Origin: a virus
Reading direction: 5' to 3' (one strand)
Virus record (IMG/VR): IMGVR_UViG_3300045988_092936
Length of the DNA: 44,848 nucleotides
Positions within the stretch are counted from its first letter, which is position 1, and each line of letters opens with the position of its first letter. Of the stretch, positions 8,746-17,065 are shown piece after piece. Under the pieces are notes generated by a model, which ran no database searches, had not been told where the DNA came from, and saw nothing but the letters and a program-made list of their open reading frames with translations. Made by a program: the position numbers and the translations under genes.

Positions 8746-8787
8746 TAAACTTTTTCCCGGATAATCTTGCATATCTCAAAAATATTG

Positions 8788-10341
8788 CTAATTGCGTCGT
8801 CTTACGCCTCGGTTTGCGTGTGCGTATGGCTGTATATTGCCGTCCGCAATCTCCTTTTCATATATCCCGGTCAATCCGTCCTCCGGGTCGTCGTGCGCGT
8901 TAGCTCCGAAATTGCGCAAAAATCCGGTTACATGGTCGTAAACGGCTTTGTACCGGGTTTCCCAACCAAACGGCATAATTATATGCTGATTAACCATTGC
9001 GGACGCTGTTATTATCCGGCTTTCCTTGTTGCCCCCTTGATAAAACGGGTCGGTAATAGCCCGGACTTTCTTTTTGATAACCTTTTCATAACCCGCACCA
9101 CCGTTGTTGCTCTCAACCCACGCTTTTTGCGTCCCGTTCCGGTTAATCATCGCTGGGACGGTTACGGTTGTAACGTCTGTATTTTCGTCTGTCATTTCCA
9201 TATCTGTAATAAGGGCAAACAATATCGGCTCCATGCGCTTTGTTTTCTCGTTGAAAAACATATTGTCGGACTTATACACGTCATACGTTGCGGCAAACAA
9301 CAGGTCGTCGCCCTCATCGGCAACGTCAATGTATGCGCCGGAACGAATGTACGTGCCGTAATCGGATTTTTCGACCCACGTTTTGAAAGGTTGGTACAAT
9401 CGACCCTCGGCGGAACCGGGGTTGCCTTGATACAGGCATTGAAATTGCACCGGGTCTAATGCCTTTTGCGCATCCAACTTTTTTTTACTGTGTCGGCTTT
9501 CCCATAATGCCGCCCCCGGTTCCCGTGGGTCTATCTCGGTCGGTTCCCCGGTTTTCAGTCCCTCAAAGTTTATGCGCACCCACGCCCCCGGCGTTACGTT
9601 CTCCAAATCCGCCCAACGCCTAACATCAATAATCGTTTCGCCGCTCTTTTCAATGCGTCCTATCAAATCATCGTCGTGCCAGCGGGTAAATACAATCAAT
9701 TCTTGACTATCGTTGTGTAAACGAGTGCGTACAACGGTCGTGTACCATTTCCACGCCGCATTGCGTACAATTGGGCTGTTTCCCTCTGCATAATCTTTGT
9801 AAACATCATCCAATATTGATACGTCAACCGTTTTTGACGTCAACGAACCGCCACGACCGACGACACGCAACGAACCCTTATGCCCGACCATTTCGATAAC
9901 ATCGGAATTGCGCAAATAGGTATTCGACATCGTTACGACGTTCGACCCATTTAGATACGTGCCGGGGAATAATTCACGATACCGGGGCGTGTCGATTATT
10001 CGTTGAACGTCCCGGTTAAAATCCCGTGCGATTGTTGCAGCATACGAACCAATACAAATTTTTGCGTCCGGGTTCAACCCCAACATAAATGAGGGTAAAT
10101 TTCGGCTTGACCCCTCCGATTTTCCATGTTGCGGCGGCATTTGAACAATCATTTTACGTATTAATCCATGCGCAAACATATCCAACAACGTATAATACAC
10201 AACATGAAACGGTTCTAAAACCAAATCCGGTTTAAGGTACCGGGAAAAATTTATCAGACGCCGACGGGCTGCGCATTTTACAATTTCGCCTGGATTATCT
10301 TTAATTGCAGCGTACATTTTCAACAATTGCTCATTTTTCAT
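8788..10341 (-). CDS. terL: Terminase large subunit (517 aa)
   Basis: Walker A-like QMPPQHGKSE and Walker B-like VDVSILDDVY. The C-terminal nuclease-domain size and the position after terS also fit. Confidence 0.85.
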   Translation of the reverse strand: MKNEQLLKMYAAIKDNPGEIVKCAARRRLINFSRYLKPDLVLEPFHVVYYTLLDMFAHGLIRKMIVQMPPQHGKSEGSSRNLPSFMLGLNPDAKICIGSYAATIARDFNRDVQRIIDTPRYRELFPGTYLNGSNVVTMSNTYLRNSDVIEMVGHKGSLRVVGRGGSLTSKTVDVSILDDVYKDYAEGNSPIVRNAAWKWYTTVVRTRLHNDSQELIVFTRWHDDDLIGRIEKSGETIIDVRRWADLENVTPGAWVRINFEGLKTGEPTEIDPREPGAALWESRHSKKKLDAQKALDPVQFQCLYQGNPGSAEGRLYQPFKTWVEKSDYGTYIRSGAYIDVADEGDDLLFAATYDVYKSDNMFFNEKTKRMEPILFALITDMEMTDENTDVTTVTVPAMINRNGTQKAWVESNNGGAGYEKVIKKKVRAITDPFYQGGNKESRIITASAMVNQHIIMPFGWETRYKAVYDHVTGFLRNFGANAHDDPEDGLTGIYEKEIADGNIQPYAHANRGVRRRN

Positions 10342-10558
10342 TTTTTGCCTCCTTTCTCTTTATGAAATGTTGGCACGCTTTACGACCCCTAACAATGAAA
10401 TATGTTTCATGCGGACACGTTAAACAAATAGGTTTTCCGGTATGGTCAAAATGTTGGTGCAAATGCGTTACCCATTTAGATAAATCGCAATTGTCGCATA
10501 TCTCATTTTTATACTCCGATTCCTTTGCTGCTGCTGTCGTTTTCTTACGCATTACCAT
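10331..10558 (-). CDS. Small Cys-rich (zinc-ribbon-like) protein (75 aa)
   Basis: CDNCD...CLTCPHE...C pattern. It overlaps both terS and terL by a few codons. Confidence 0.5.
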   Translation of the reverse strand: MVMRKKTTAAAKESEYKNEICDNCDLSKWVTHLHQHFDHTGKPICLTCPHETYFIVRGRKACQHFIKRKEAKNEK

Positions 10559-11228
10559 CCGTTACCCCCTTTTCTTCCAATACTCGTTTATACTCTGCCG
10601 ACTGTAATTTGTCCGCAACGGCAAACAACAAATCATCCGGGATTGCTGTTACATCATATTGCGGCGCATCGCCGTTTATACTTTCTTTCAACCCCGGTAT
10701 CTCAACTTTAATTGGCGCATCAAATCCCAACATCTTTGCCCGGCGTTGTTGCAAGTTCAAAAGCAAATCCAAAAACCGTGGGTTTCCGGCGGACGTTTCC
10801 GTTGTTGTTTCCTCATATCCGTAATATTCCGGGTTGTCGCCATCCCCCAATACTTTCCGTGGCTTTGCGTTCTGTCTGTTTTTCTCTCTCAATTTTCCGG
10901 TCTTGGAACGCTCCCACGCTTCCCACAATTCAACCTCCATTTTATCCAACTTTCGCAATTCCTGCGTAACGTAATCGTCTATATTTTCCATCCGTTCACG
11001 TTTCCACTCAATTAGCAATTGTTGCATATCCCAATATACCATTTGTTTTGTTATGGTATAACCTACGCCCCGCCGGGCGTTTTCCTCGTTCAATCTTTCC
11101 GAAATCTCCCTATACGTGTACCCACGCAAAAACAGATTTGAACAAAAAGACAAATCAAACTCCCTTTGGTCTTTCGTTCGTTTACACATTTTCGGGCGTC
11201 TGCCCCTTTGTCTTTTACTTGTTTCCAT
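10545..11228 (-). CDS. terS: Terminase small subunit (227 aa)
   Basis: ATG at 11228; the tracked 11234 start is a TTG. Basic N-terminus, HTH-like LRGYTYREISERLNEEN, then a coiled coil, and it lies directly upstream of terL. Confidence 0.65.
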   Translation of the reverse strand: METSKRQRGRRPKMCKRTKDQREFDLSFCSNLFLRGYTYREISERLNEENARRGVGYTITKQMVYWDMQQLLIEWKRERMENIDDYVTQELRKLDKMEVELWEAWERSKTGKLREKNRQNAKPRKVLGDGDNPEYYGYEETTTETSAGNPRFLDLLLNLQQRRAKMLGFDAPIKVEIPGLKESINGDAPQYDVTAIPDDLLFAVADKLQSAEYKRVLEEKGVTDGNA

Positions 11229-11428
11229 TTTCAAACCTTTTATAACAGCAAAGCCAAATTTCTTTACTTTCCTCTCAAACGTCGCTTTCCCTTTGCTTGT
11301 TATTTCCGGGGAATTTTCGTTTTAAGCGGGTTTCGTTTGTTCCTTGATACTTTTAATTGTCTTTTGAATTATCGTCGTTCTATGGGGCTAATTTTAGCCC
11401 GTTTTGCTTTTCGTCTATGTGCGGCAAA

Positions 11429-11458
11429 GCCCCGGTTGAAATTCCGGGGCGTTTTTTG
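11429..11458 (-). promoter_or_regulatory. GC-rich stem-loop 13 nt after the stop of the 81-aa gene
   Basis: GCCCCGG-ttgaaatt-CCGGGGC is a 7-bp perfect stem. The T-run (gttttttg) is on the plus-strand side. Confidence 0.5.
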
Positions 11459-11462
11459 CTTG

Positions 11463-11708
11463 TTAAACCGTATCTGTTGGAAAATCTACGGTCAACAATA
11501 CGGGTTGCAACGGCTGGTTAAACGTCAGCATTGACAAATGTATTGTTCCGGTTTCTTTTACTCTCTCCAATTCCTCCGGGGATAACTGCCATTTGGTAAT
11601 TATAAGCCCCTGCGGGTCGTTTGGAACTTTCATTGCTGGCAACGGAATGTATTCCGGTTGGTCTTTCGCAAATACTACGTTCACGCCGGGGAACTCAACG
11701 GGTTTCAT
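11463..11708 (-). CDS. Hypothetical protein (81 aa)
   Basis: ATG at 11708 (MKPVEFPGVNVVFAKDQPEYIPLP...). The longer tracked form overlaps the upstream gene by more than 100 nt. Confidence 0.5.
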   Translation of the reverse strand: MKPVEFPGVNVVFAKDQPEYIPLPAMKVPNDPQGLIITKWQLSPEELERVKETGTIHLSMLTFNQPLQPVLLTVDFPTDTV

Positions 11709-12222
11709 TTCCGCCCTCCTTTCTTGGCTTCTTTCTGAATCTGCGTTTCTTTTCGGGAACCTCAATGCGTCGTATCTCAACACGTGCGCCCAACGCCTTT
11801 CCCAATATCCCGGCAACTTTTTTCACTTCCTCCGGAATATCCGTTTCCGGCTTCCCGGACGCATCGGCGTTTATCTGTTTAAGCAATCCGGCAATCGCCG
11901 CTTTTTCCTCTTTGTCTTTTGTAGTCTTGAAACGCTGAATCAGATTTGAAATTGGCTGCGTTCTCATGTAATCGGCGCATTTGAAACGGTCTTTGCAAAT
12001 ATTGCAATCGTCCGGGTAATTTCTTTTTGCATCCTTTGCGTTCTTTTCGTCCGCCTTTCTGAATCCGTGCCATTCGTCACGACGGGCGATTGCTTCCGAA
12101 AATACCGCCATCGCATCAACGCAAACTTGGGCTAAAATATAGTCCGGGGTATCTCTCATTTCTTTTTCCAAACCGTGTTTATTAATCAACTCGGCTAATT
12201 CTTTGATAAAATCCTTTTTCAT
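11695..12222 (-). CDS. Hypothetical protein (175 aa)
   Basis: ATG at 12222, 1 nt after the upstream stop (MKKDFIKELAELINKHG...). Basic C-terminus. Confidence 0.5.
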   Translation of the reverse strand: MKKDFIKELAELINKHGLEKEMRDTPDYILAQVCVDAMAVFSEAIARRDEWHGFRKADEKNAKDAKRNYPDDCNICKDRFKCADYMRTQPISNLIQRFKTTKDKEEKAAIAGLLKQINADASGKPETDIPEEVKKVAGILGKALGARVEIRRIEVPEKKRRFRKKPRKEGGNETR

Positions 12223-12223
12223 G

Positions 12224-13312
12224 TTATTGTACTTTATTAAAACGTTGTTCAAATTGTTTGTATTCCTCGGCGGTCTGTCTTTCCTGCCATTGATTGCACG
12301 CAATACAACTGCAATGCCTCATTCTGTTTTGCTCGTTGCAAAATCCGTCGCCCTCCGTATCTTCATTTTCAAAGTTACCACAATTCCCGCAAACCGGGCT
12401 TTCCGGCTCCTTGTGTGGGTGTTTACGCATGAACTCCGGGTTTTTCTCCCTGCCTGCAATTTTATTGTATGCCATTTCCAACAATTCCTTTTGGCTATAA
12501 CCGAACAATGCTGCGATATGGAACAAAACGGCGTTCATGTCTGACAATTCGTCTATTATTTCCGTCTTATCGTCCGGAATTATTCCGTTAACCAACATAT
12601 CATCAGCAACAACAAATAATTCGTGGTATTCCTCCGTTAACTTTGAAAACCTCTCTTGCAAGTCCTTTCCGAAAAGACTATTCATTTTTGCAAACAATCT
12701 TTTTTCGTTGAAACTTAACACGGGTTTATTTTCGTCCTTTTCCTCAAATGTTTCTACAAATTCCTCGTATTCCATTTTACCAAATCTTCCATCCGGGAAC
12801 CTTATAACCGCCCATCTTTCCGGAACGCTCATAATAACGCCATTTTCTGTTATGAAAGAATATAAACCAATTCCACCGGGCTTTCTTGGTATCTCCATTG
12901 TTCCGCCTCCGGTAAAATCAATCAGTCTTTCGATATTATCACGTGTTACGGGAACAGCTCTCACCTCCAACAATCTACGACAATACAAATATCCGGCTTT
13001 CTCGTTCGGTTCTCTTTTATCCGCACGTACTTCGTTTGGCAAATCTTCCGCACCTTTTTCGTACTCAACAAAGAATGTCGCACCACTCAAAAATATTTCT
13101 TCCCGTATATAGTCAACGGCTCGCACCCTCATTCCATAACGACCAATAACCGCATTTATTGCCGCCATAATAACATATTCGTTTTTGTCGTCAACGTACA
13201 TTCTCATTTCAAACAATTCTGCCTTTTCGGTAATCTCCGGTTCATGCCCGGTTACACTCTTTATCATCAAAATTGTTTCCGCATCAAACGGGGTTAATTT
13301 ACTTTCTTTCAT
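12224..13312 (-). CDS. Fusion protein: unknown N-domain + MazG-like NTP pyrophosphohydrolase domain + C-terminal Cys cluster (362 aa)
   Basis: The MazG-like helix pair is KLTEEYHELFVVADD...IIDELSDMNAVLFHIAALFGYSQKELLEMAYNKI. The C-terminus reads CGNCGNFENEDTEGDGFCNEQNRMRHCSCIACNQW. It has its own -7 box. Confidence 0.55.
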   Translation of the reverse strand: MKESKLTPFDAETILMIKSVTGHEPEITEKAELFEMRMYVDDKNEYVIMAAINAVIGRYGMRVRAVDYIREEIFLSGATFFVEYEKGAEDLPNEVRADKREPNEKAGYLYCRRLLEVRAVPVTRDNIERLIDFTGGGTMEIPRKPGGIGLYSFITENGVIMSVPERWAVIRFPDGRFGKMEYEEFVETFEEKDENKPVLSFNEKRLFAKMNSLFGKDLQERFSKLTEEYHELFVVADDMLVNGIIPDDKTEIIDELSDMNAVLFHIAALFGYSQKELLEMAYNKIAGREKNPEFMRKHPHKEPESPVCGNCGNFENEDTEGDGFCNEQNRMRHCSCIACNQWQERQTAEEYKQFEQRFNKVQ

Positions 13313-13335
13313 TGCTTCACGGTTTTATTTCAGTA

Positions 13336-13343
13336 CAAAGTTA
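13336..13343 (-). promoter_or_regulatory. Bacteroidota-type -7 box (TAACTTTG)
   Basis: The plus strand reads caaagtta at 13336-13343, 24 nt upstream of ATG 13312. Confidence 0.45.
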
Positions 13344-13344
13344 A

Positions 13345-13557
13345 TCATTTATGGTTGTATTTCTGTTTATTAATCCAAATCAGCCGAAACCCAAAGCAAA
13401 AACACAATATTTTTATCTCAATATCAAAATATGTGTCATGCCCTTTTACGCCCTCAACCATCAAAGCCGGGAACAAATAAAACTGTTTGTACCTCCACAA
13501 ACTTTGCAGATACAAATAAACCCCCAAACGCCAAATATGGAATCCGATTGTTTTCAT
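13345..13557 (-). CDS. Small hydrophobic protein (70 aa)
   Basis: ATG at 13557 in an ATGA overlap with the ASCH gene stop (MKTIGFHIWRLGVYLYLQ...). Confidence 0.45.
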   Translation of the reverse strand: MKTIGFHIWRLGVYLYLQSLWRYKQFYLFPALMVEGVKGHDTYFDIEIKILCFCFGFRLIWINKQKYNHK

Positions 13558-14060
13558 TTCTCTATCTGTTTTTTTATCTGTCCCCAACTCTTTTTGTCAA
13601 TTACCATTTTCCGGGGGTATTGTATTATTTCGCCTTTCGTATAAACTAAATTGTAAATACCCAATTGCCCCTTGATTGGCATTTCAACAACACGTCTTGG
13701 GTTTCGCATCATCCACCCAAAGCCCTTTGTTATCGCCTTTCGCTTTTCCGGGGGTATCCGGGTTTGTTCCCAATCTAACGGCGTAAACTCGGCAACAGGC
13801 TTAACGTCGTACAATTCGACCAACCCCAATGTTACGCCGTTTTCATACCCCGGCAAATCCGGGTTCTTTGACGAACAAATTAACAGGTCGCCCCGGTACG
13901 TCGTGGACTTACTGCGAACCTCAATTGTTTTTTCGCCATAAATAACCCCGTTGTCCTCATACGCCGCCGTTACCAACTGCGTTGCAAACGGGTTCTTTAC
14001 CGTCAACGCCCGCCAACGGTCGTGTTGGTCGGGGTTGTAATCCTTATTGCTGTACTGCAT
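13554..14060 (-). CDS. ASCH (PUA-like) domain protein (168 aa)
   Basis: ALTVKNPFATQLVTA...GEKTIEVRSKSTTYRGDLLICSS matches the usual ASCH N-terminal pattern as I recall it. Confidence 0.55.
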   Translation of the reverse strand: MQYSNKDYNPDQHDRWRALTVKNPFATQLVTAAYEDNGVIYGEKTIEVRSKSTTYRGDLLICSSKNPDLPGYENGVTLGLVELYDVKPVAEFTPLDWEQTRIPPEKRKAITKGFGWMMRNPRRVVEMPIKGQLGIYNLVYTKGEIIQYPRKMVIDKKSWGQIKKQIEK

Positions 14061-14218
14061 ATTTACTTTTTATTTTCGGGTTTCTCGGTTTCGTCGTCGG
14101 GTTCCGGGTAATGGATAAATCCAATTTGCCGGAAGTTTTGGATTGGCTCGTAAATGATAACGACAACATCGCCGCACGTCCTTACTCCGACCAATCGGCG
14201 GGAACCTCAACCCGTATT

Positions 14219-15052
14219 TCACTTTTCATAGTTAAACAAATCCCAATTAACAGTGACACAATACCCCGGCAATTCTCCCCGGTCAATCCCCAACGGATTA
14301 ACAATACTATCTTTCCAATAGATACGGGGTTGTTCCGGGCGTCCCTCCCAATGTTCCGTAATCGTGTCGTAAATCAATCGTATTTCCCGTTTCGGATATT
14401 TGCCACCGCTCTGCAATCCGATTTTATACAGGTCAACGAACGGATACGACAATTTGATTATCCCAATTGCCCGGTCGTACATTCCCGGCGGGATTGGCTC
14501 CACGCTTGCAAAGGTGCGGAACCCGTGGCGTTTTGCCCGTGCCAACACATTAACCCGCATCGTATTTGGGTCGGCGTTCGGCTCCAATTCGTCGCAACCT
14601 GTCAACGTTGCGCCCAAAGCGATACGGGACACGTCCCAACCCTCGGACGCCTCGGCAAAATCAATGAAGCGGTTCAATCCCTCGGCGCATTTGCTCAATA
14701 TCTTAACCGGGACGCCGTGGCGTTGGCATACGCCGACCGCTTGACGGGTCAACCGTTCCGTTTCCGGCAACAACGGGTCGGTCGTGAACGAAAAGAATAA
14801 CCCTGTTTTCTGCAATTCCTCCTTATGCGCCAACAATTCGTTTTTGAAAATATCCAAAGCGTATGGATATTCCCGCAACGTCTTTTTCAACTCCGGGCGA
14901 CTGCATCCCAATACCTTTGCGCCACGACCTTTGCGCAAATAACAGTAAGTACAACCGTTAGAACAACCGACAAAGAAATTGGCGGCGTTCTCGGCGTATT
15001 CCCTGGCTTTACCTTTTGGGCTGTAAATAACCCGTCCGTTTATCGCTCCCAT
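14219..15052 (-). CDS. Radical SAM protein, SplB / DNA-repair-photolyase-like (277 aa)
   Basis: CxxxCxxC cluster in FFVGCSNGCTYCYLRKG. An alternative ATG at 15106 would overlap the ssb 3' end by 41 nt. Confidence 0.65.
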   Translation of the reverse strand: MGAINGRVIYSPKGKAREYAENAANFFVGCSNGCTYCYLRKGRGAKVLGCSRPELKKTLREYPYALDIFKNELLAHKEELQKTGLFFSFTTDPLLPETERLTRQAVGVCQRHGVPVKILSKCAEGLNRFIDFAEASEGWDVSRIALGATLTGCDELEPNADPNTMRVNVLARAKRHGFRTFASVEPIPPGMYDRAIGIIKLSYPFVDLYKIGLQSGGKYPKREIRLIYDTITEHWEGRPEQPRIYWKDSIVNPLGIDRGELPGYCVTVNWDLFNYEK

Positions 15053-15065
15053 ATCGTCCACCGGC

Positions 15066-15482
15066 TTAAAATGGTAAATCGTCGTTCCTGTCGGGGGCGG
15101 GTGCATCCGGCACGGGCGGCGGCGGTACTTGCGCCCCGGCTCCGGTCGCTTTCGGGGTCAACATTTCCATATCAGTTGCGACTATCTCGGTAACATACCG
15201 TTTGACGCCGTTGTTGTCCTCATAACTGCGGGTTCTCAATTCACCCTCAATATACAGTTTGTCGCCCTTTTTGACGTACTGATTGGCGACCTTTGCCAAC
15301 CCGTTTTGCAATACGACGTTATGCCATTCGGTACGCTCCGGGATTTGCCGCCCGTCCTTTGTGGTATAACCTCGTTTAGTGGTTGCCAACGAAAAGGTCG
15401 CCACGCAACCCCCGTTATCGAACTCCCTAAAATCCAGGGCTTTCCCGGTATGTCCCATCAAAATAACCTTGTTTACACTCAT
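15066..15482 (-). CDS. ssb: Single-stranded DNA-binding protein (138 aa)
   Basis: OB-fold pattern MSVNKVILMGHTGK...TEWHNVVL...GDKLYIEGELRTRSYEDNNG, then a Pro-rich linker and the acidic tail DDLPF. Confidence 0.9.
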   Translation of the reverse strand: MSVNKVILMGHTGKALDFREFDNGGCVATFSLATTKRGYTTKDGRQIPERTEWHNVVLQNGLAKVANQYVKKGDKLYIEGELRTRSYEDNNGVKRYVTEIVATDMEMLTPKATGAGAQVPPPPVPDAPAPDRNDDLPF

Positions 15483-15604
15483 ACAAAAAACACTTTAATT
15501 ATCCAAACAATGATACTATACAACGCCCACATATAAGACGCAACCGTTAACGTCACGAACGTGTATATCGCAATTTTATAGCCGGTTTTTGATTTTATTT
15601 TCAT
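15479..15604 (-). CDS. Small membrane protein (41 aa), below the ORF-track cutoff
   Basis: MKIKSKTGYKIAIYTFVTLTVASYMWALYSIIVWIIKVFFV. It exactly fills the gap, with an ATGA overlap onto the ssb start. Confidence 0.45.
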   Translation of the reverse strand: MKIKSKTGYKIAIYTFVTLTVASYMWALYSIIVWIIKVFFV

Positions 15605-15605
15605 G

Positions 15606-15953
15606 TCACTTGAATTTTACGCAATCCAACAAATATTGTTTCTTATTGTCCGACCATCCGGCGGCATTGTTTATCGCTTTTCGGTCGTCGTCGTATACGA
15701 ACTCACAAACCCAACCGCCGACGCTTGATTTTTGAAGCAATCGAACCAATTTGCCAACAATGAAAGGACGCAATTTGTAATAACTTGAATTTTCGCCAAC
15801 AAACAAAACCCGTCTTTCTGCATTTATTTCGGGCGTATTTTCGATTTGCGGGCGTTTCTCCCTTTCCGGGTATGTTTGTACCCGTCTGAAATCATTTTTG
15901 ATTGAACGGCGGGAAATTGCCCCGTAATCGGGTGTTCTTTTTTTCGTCCTCAT
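15606..15953 (-). CDS. Hypothetical protein (115 aa)
   Basis: ATG start with an ATGA overlap onto the upstream gene. Confidence 0.5.
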   Translation of the reverse strand: MRTKKRTPDYGAISRRSIKNDFRRVQTYPEREKRPQIENTPEINAERRVLFVGENSSYYKLRPFIVGKLVRLLQKSSVGGWVCEFVYDDDRKAINNAAGWSDNKKQYLLDCVKFK

Positions 15954-16396
15954 ATTTTCAAACTTCTGTATTCGTTTTTAAGCAATTCAATAATCCGGAC
16001 GTTGCCCGGATATATTCGCATTTTACTTTTATCTCCGTTCTCCCAACATGAATGATGTTCAAAACATAGTATATTTATATTTCTTGCATCAGTCGCCATT
16101 TCGGGAAACGCTCCACGGGTCAATATATGCGAACAATAAACGGCGGAATAATTCCGTAACGGCTTTAAACATTCCTCGCATTGGTGCGGCTTATGCTCCC
16201 AAACCCACCGGAAAAACCGTTGGTTGGCAACGGGAATGTCGCCACGTCCTAAAACGCAATGCCCGAACAATTCCCGTTGTAACTCAACACGCAACCGTAT
16301 ATCTAACCGGAAATTACGAATATCCAATAACGGCTCGTAACCACGTGCAACGCAATATTCATATTCGCAACGCTCGGTCAACAATATTGGCTTCAT
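15950..16396 (-). CDS. Putative HNH / beta-beta-alpha-Me-like nuclease (148 aa)
   Basis: CEECLKPL...YCSHILTRGAFPE...NINILCFEHHSCWENG gives a Cys pair plus His/Asn spacing. This assignment is weak. Confidence 0.35.
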   Translation of the reverse strand: MKPILLTERCEYEYCVARGYEPLLDIRNFRLDIRLRVELQRELFGHCVLGRGDIPVANQRFFRWVWEHKPHQCEECLKPLRNYSAVYCSHILTRGAFPEMATDARNINILCFEHHSCWENGDKSKMRIYPGNVRIIELLKNEYRSLKI

Positions 16397-17013
16397 TACA
16401 TATTGTCTGTATCATTTGCGTAAACTAACGGGTTGAGCTCCCCATCAGCCCCGAACAATTCCAATTGCGCCTTTTTGCCTTTGAACAAAAATGCGTAAAC
16501 CTCATTTTCAATGTCTGCAACGATTTCTTCCAATTCCTCCTCAAAACCGAACGTTTCGATATTGAATTTCAGACGGGGCGAATTTATCGCCGTCTTTTGA
16601 TTGTTGGATACCGTGAACAATCCCATAAGGATAACCCCAACGTTATCGTCTTGACCGGAAAGGGACACGCCCCGAACCGCAATGTTTTTCAACATTTCGT
16701 CCGCAAAGTTACGGGCGGCGTCTTTCTGCTTTTGATTAGCTTTCATATCCGGCGTATCCATAAGTGATAAAAACGACGTAATATTGAAAATACGCCCCAT
16801 AATTGGGCGCAACCTGTCAAAGCAATTGCGCAAATCGGGGTGTATGTCCTTTGCGCTCTCGACGTGGTATTTGTTCGTATAACTTTCGTTGTCGATTGTT
16901 TCGGTAACTTCATAATGAACATCTAACCCGCCGTCTTTCAACACTTTCACTTTTGAAAGTGAAAACTTTTCTTTTGCCGGAATCGGCATAACTGTTTGTT
17001 TTTTTTCGCTCAT
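16396..17013 (-). CDS. Hypothetical protein (205 aa)
   Basis: ATG start, preceded by a GC stem-loop and an A-rich leader. Confidence 0.5.
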   Translation of the reverse strand: MSEKKQTVMPIPAKEKFSLSKVKVLKDGGLDVHYEVTETIDNESYTNKYHVESAKDIHPDLRNCFDRLRPIMGRIFNITSFLSLMDTPDMKANQKQKDAARNFADEMLKNIAVRGVSLSGQDDNVGVILMGLFTVSNNQKTAINSPRLKFNIETFGFEEELEEIVADIENEVYAFLFKGKKAQLELFGADGELNPLVYANDTDNM

Positions 17014-17033
17014 AAAAGATAATTTATTTATTC

Positions 17034-17056
17034 CCCGGTTTCTCCGGGTCGGTTTC
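17034..17056 (-). promoter_or_regulatory. GC-rich intercistronic stem-loop (family member)
   Basis: The plus strand reads CCCGG-tttct-CCGGG then tcggtttc. The minus strand reads AACCGACCCGGAGAAACCGGGG, 21 nt upstream of ATG 17013. Confidence 0.55.
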
Positions 17057-17065
17057 TTCCATTTT

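Noticed and set aside
14061-14218. Possible small gene in the 158-bp gap between the radical SAM and ASCH genes
   Set aside because: The minus-strand frames give only a TTG-initiated, Arg-rich peptide of about 47 aa, or a 41-aa ORF that runs out of frame into the ASCH start. The protein-like plus-strand stretch MDKSNLPEVLDWLVNDND continues as the antisense shadow of the radical SAM gene. None can be supported.
3474-14800. Long plus-strand ORFs (e.g. 3474..4232, 8767..9459, 12537..13112, 13982..14800, and also 22992..23513 and 40538..41047)
   Set aside because: Each is fully contained antisense to a longer minus-strand gene with recognisable motifs (MCP, terL, MazG fusion, radical SAM, ATPase, TMP). 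Their translations are low-complexity or Cys/Arg/Ser/Phe-rich. No plus-strand promoter or start context supports them.
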